The notes beneath the pieces were generated by a model. The model did not search any database and was not told where the DNA came from. It saw only the letters and a list, made by a program, of their open reading frames with translations. The position numbers were made by a program, and so were the translations under genes. DNA of 63,665 nucleotides, counting the filler, from Dimorphilus gyrociliatus (taxonomy: Eukaryota > Animalia > Annelida), in the NCBI GenBank assembly GCA_904063045.1. It is 4 parts of 4 records of this genome, joined end to end, with 100 filler letters (N's around TTAATTAATTAA, not from the genome) between each part and the next. Parts side by side here need not be neighbours in the genome. Positions count along the whole stretch, not along the records: positions 52,641 to 63,665 come from CAJFCJ010000176.1; 3 more parts are not named here. One strand, written 5' to 3'. Position 1 is the stretch's first letter. Each line of letters opens with the position of its first letter. This document shows, in pieces, positions 60,996-63,665 of the stretch.

Positions 60996-63521
60996 TTATT
61001 CAATACTACGACATATATTACTATATTTTATCCATTTACTACTCTTACTGCTCATCATCTCATAATCAAAACAATTTAAAGAATCTTCAATTTTTGTAAA
61101 TTTTACTCTTTGTCCTTCCATTCCTATTACTCCTACTATTTTATTATTTAAACCTACTAAATTCTCAGAATCAGTTCCTGATAATATATCAATAGCTTTA
61201 ATACCTAATAAAGTACTATTAATTCTATCAATAGGACTTGGATTTCCAGCTCTTTGTAAATGACCTAAAACACAATATTTAGTCTTAAATAGATTTTCAG
61301 AATCACTACTTAGTATTTTACAGAGAGCTTCAGTTGATACAGAATTGAATGTTTTTTCATTTCTTATTAAAATAACACCTGTTCTATTCTTTGATTTGTA
61401 TTTAATTCTTAATCTTTTAGCTATTTCTGATAAATGATTAATAGAATATTTATTTTCAGGAATGAAAGTTTCAAAAGAACAAGAAGCTATTCCAGCCATT
61501 AAACTTAAATAACCACAATTTCTACCAGTTACTTCTACTACATAAACTCTAGAATTTAAAGATTCTGAAGAAAGTCTTAAATAATCAATAGACTTAGTAA
61601 TAAAATTAAGAGCAGTATCAGAACCTAAACTAATATCAGTTGAAGGAATGTTATTACTTATTGTAGCTGGTATTAATATTGTAGGTATTTTTAGTTGAGG
61701 TAGAAGTTCTAAAGCAGCACTTGAACCAATTATTATTAAAGATTCTATTTTATGTTTTTCTAAAGCTAAATTTACATCATTGATTGTTATTTTCTTTTTA
61801 TTATTCATATGATTATTATTATTATTATCTATATGATTATTATTAATATGATTATCTATATGACTATCTATATGACTATTATTATTAATATGATTATCTA
61901 TATGATTATTATTAATGTGAGAATGCTCTCTTTTACTACAACAAAGACATATTCCTTCACAGCATAACAAAGATTTAGCTTCACTCATTCCTATAATTGA
62001 TCCTCCGTAATGAACTCCTTTGTTAAATTCAAATTCTGTAGGTCTTTTTATATTTCCATTTACTATTCCTTCAAATCCGTCGTAAGCTATTACAACATTT
62101 TGATCTATTGAATAAGAATATCTAATTATTGCATTTAAAGCACTACTCATTCCTGGACTTCTTCTTCCTTCATGAATTACTGCTATTTTTTTATAAATTT
62201 TAGTTTTTTGTTTTTTTGATCTTAATTGTTCTGTTAAAGTAAAAGCTCTTTTAAAAAATAATCCTCTTGAATTCATTAATTCTTTAAAATTTTTGGATTT
62301 TAAGTGTTGGGAAATTTCTTGGTTTTTTTTATTTTTTAAATTTATTGTTTTTAAATTTATTGATTTGAAATTTGATTTTGAATAACAAATTACAAATGCT
62401 GCAATTGATTTCTCTTTATGGAAGTCTGCTGTTAATAAAGTTTCAACTGCTTTACAACCAGATAATGTAGCTAAAATTCTATCATGGGCTGAAGGTGCTC
62501 CTCCTCTCTGAGTATGTCCTAAAATTAATATTCTAGTCTCTATAAATTCACTTAAAACTTTCTTAACATCTTCTGCTTTTATTAAATTACCATCACAATC
62601 AACAGCTCCTTCTGCTAAAACAATAAATAAACCTTTTTTCTTGTATTCTTTTAAATTGAGTAACTTTTCTTTCCAGTTTTTTAAAGGATTTTCTGGAATA
62701 AAAACAAAATCTGCACTTAAAGCAAAAGAAGACATTAAAGCAATCCAACCACAATTTCTTCCCATAACTTCAACAACAAATGCTCTTCCATGACTCTCCA
62801 TTGTTGTAAAAAGATTATCAACTGATTCAGTTACTCTATGTAAAGCAGTATCACAACCTATTACTGTTTCTGAGTGATAAATATCATTGTCTATTGAAGC
62901 AGGAATTGCAACAACATGTAAATCTCTTTCATGATAAGAATTTGAATCTGTTGAACTACTTTGACTTTCACTTAAATTTGCTTTTTTTAAGTTCTCTTCT
63001 AAAATTTTACCATCTTTGATTAAATTTTTAACGTGGTCTTTAAATTCTGATTGAAAAATTTCTAAACCTTTTAAGGAACCATCACCACCTAAAACAATTA
63101 AACCTTCAATTCCTCTCTTTACTAAATTATAAGTTGCTTGTTTTCTGCCTTCTTTACTAAAGAATTGAGGAGATCTCGCACTTTTAAGAAATGTTCCACC
63201 ATCACTTGCATAGAAATTGACAGAATCCCAACCAAGTTCTTCTATTTTATCATTTATTAAACCTTCATATCCATTATAAACACCGTATGCTCTACAATCC
63301 CATTTTATTGCAGTTCTAACAACTGCTCTTATTGCACTATTCATTCCAGGAGCATCTCCACCAGAAGTAACAATTGCTATTCTTTTGATTGACCTTCTAG
63401 CATTAAAATATATATAAATATTATTTCCTAGTTCATCCATTGCTTCTAATGGTTTACTTCTTCTACCGTTATATTCAAAATCTTCTCTTACTACTTTTTT
63501 ATACAAACCAGACTCCATCAA
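60996..63521 (-). CDS. PFK: ATP-dependent 6-phosphofructokinase, eukaryotic duplicated type
   Basis: An intact, intronless 841-aa ORF with TSGGDAPGMN, GGDGS, SIDND, EVMGR and LGHTQRGG. The second half has TISNN, EVTGRNCG and LGHLQRAG. Confidence 0.97.
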   Translation of the reverse strand: MMESGLYKKVVREDFEYNGRRSKPLEAMDELGNNIYIYFNARRSIKRIAIVTSGGDAPGMNSAIRAVVRTAIKWDCRAYGVYNGYEGLINDKIEELGWDSVNFYASDGGTFLKSARSPQFFSKEGRKQATYNLVKRGIEGLIVLGGDGSLKGLEIFQSEFKDHVKNLIKDGKILEENLKKANLSESQSSSTDSNSYHERDLHVVAIPASIDNDIYHSETVIGCDTALHRVTESVDNLFTTMESHGRAFVVEVMGRNCGWIALMSSFALSADFVFIPENPLKNWKEKLLNLKEYKKKGLFIVLAEGAVDCDGNLIKAEDVKKVLSEFIETRILILGHTQRGGAPSAHDRILATLSGCKAVETLLTADFHKEKSIAAFVICYSKSNFKSINLKTINLKNKKNQEISQHLKSKNFKELMNSRGLFFKRAFTLTEQLRSKKQKTKIYKKIAVIHEGRRSPGMSSALNAIIRYSYSIDQNVVIAYDGFEGIVNGNIKRPTEFEFNKGVHYGGSIIGMSEAKSLLCCEGICLCCSKREHSHINNNHIDNHINNNSHIDSHIDNHINNNHIDNNNNNHMNNKKKITINDVNLALEKHKIESLIIIGSSAALELLPQLKIPTILIPATISNNIPSTDISLGSDTALNFITKSIDYLRLSSESLNSRVYVVEVTGRNCGYLSLMAGIASCSFETFIPENKYSINHLSEIAKRLRIKYKSKNRTGVILIRNEKTFNSVSTEALCKILSSDSENLFKTKYCVLGHLQRAGNPSPIDRINSTLLGIKAIDILSGTDSENLVGLNNKIVGVIGMEGQRVKFTKIEDSLNCFDYEMMSSKSSKWIKYSNICRSIE

Positions 63522-63665
63522 TTCTGTAATTAAATTTAAAGAGAAAACCTCAATTTCTATTGCATTATTAACTCCTAAGATTATAGCATTTTAGTACTTT
63601 TTAATTAACATTGTTATTATTAACTTTTACTTCTAAACCTAATTTTTCATAAACTGAAAAATCTT

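Noticed and set aside
1-63665. tRNA, rRNA and spliceosomal RNA genes
   Set aside because: None were recognised. This was a visual scan only; tRNAscan-SE and Infernal were not run.

Overview
This window is not one locus. It is four contigs joined by artificial 100-bp spacers (44 N + TTAATTAATTAA + 44 N): A 1-29045, B 29146-43185, C 43286-52540, D 52641-63665. They appear to come from two organisms. Contigs A and C are visibly CpG-poor, use short (~55-60 bp) GT-AG introns, share solo-LTR families and carry animal-type genes (a class A GPCR, PAN/apple-like secreted proteins). Contigs B and D keep CpGs, show no introns and look microsporidian (intronless ATP-PFK, secreted serpin, Merlin, IS630-Tc1 and Ginger transposons). 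Contig A is a nest of intron-containing PHD-FLYWCH-MULE (Phantom-like) elements, a Gypsy pol remnant and solo LTRs. It also holds a bacterial-type NAD(P)-binding pseudogene and a stand-alone degenerate Penelope-type GIY-YIG ORF, and it ends in an ~11 kb fold-back palindrome that is probably a sequencing or amplification artefact. The best leads are the RT-less, catalytically altered GIY-YIG/coiled-coil unit, a 49-bp palindromic micro-transposon with an exact 8-bp TSD, a complete Ginger element, a hammerhead-like motif near telomere-type repeats, and telomere-like filler at an LTR deletion. All family assignments come from reading motifs by eye; no database searches were run.
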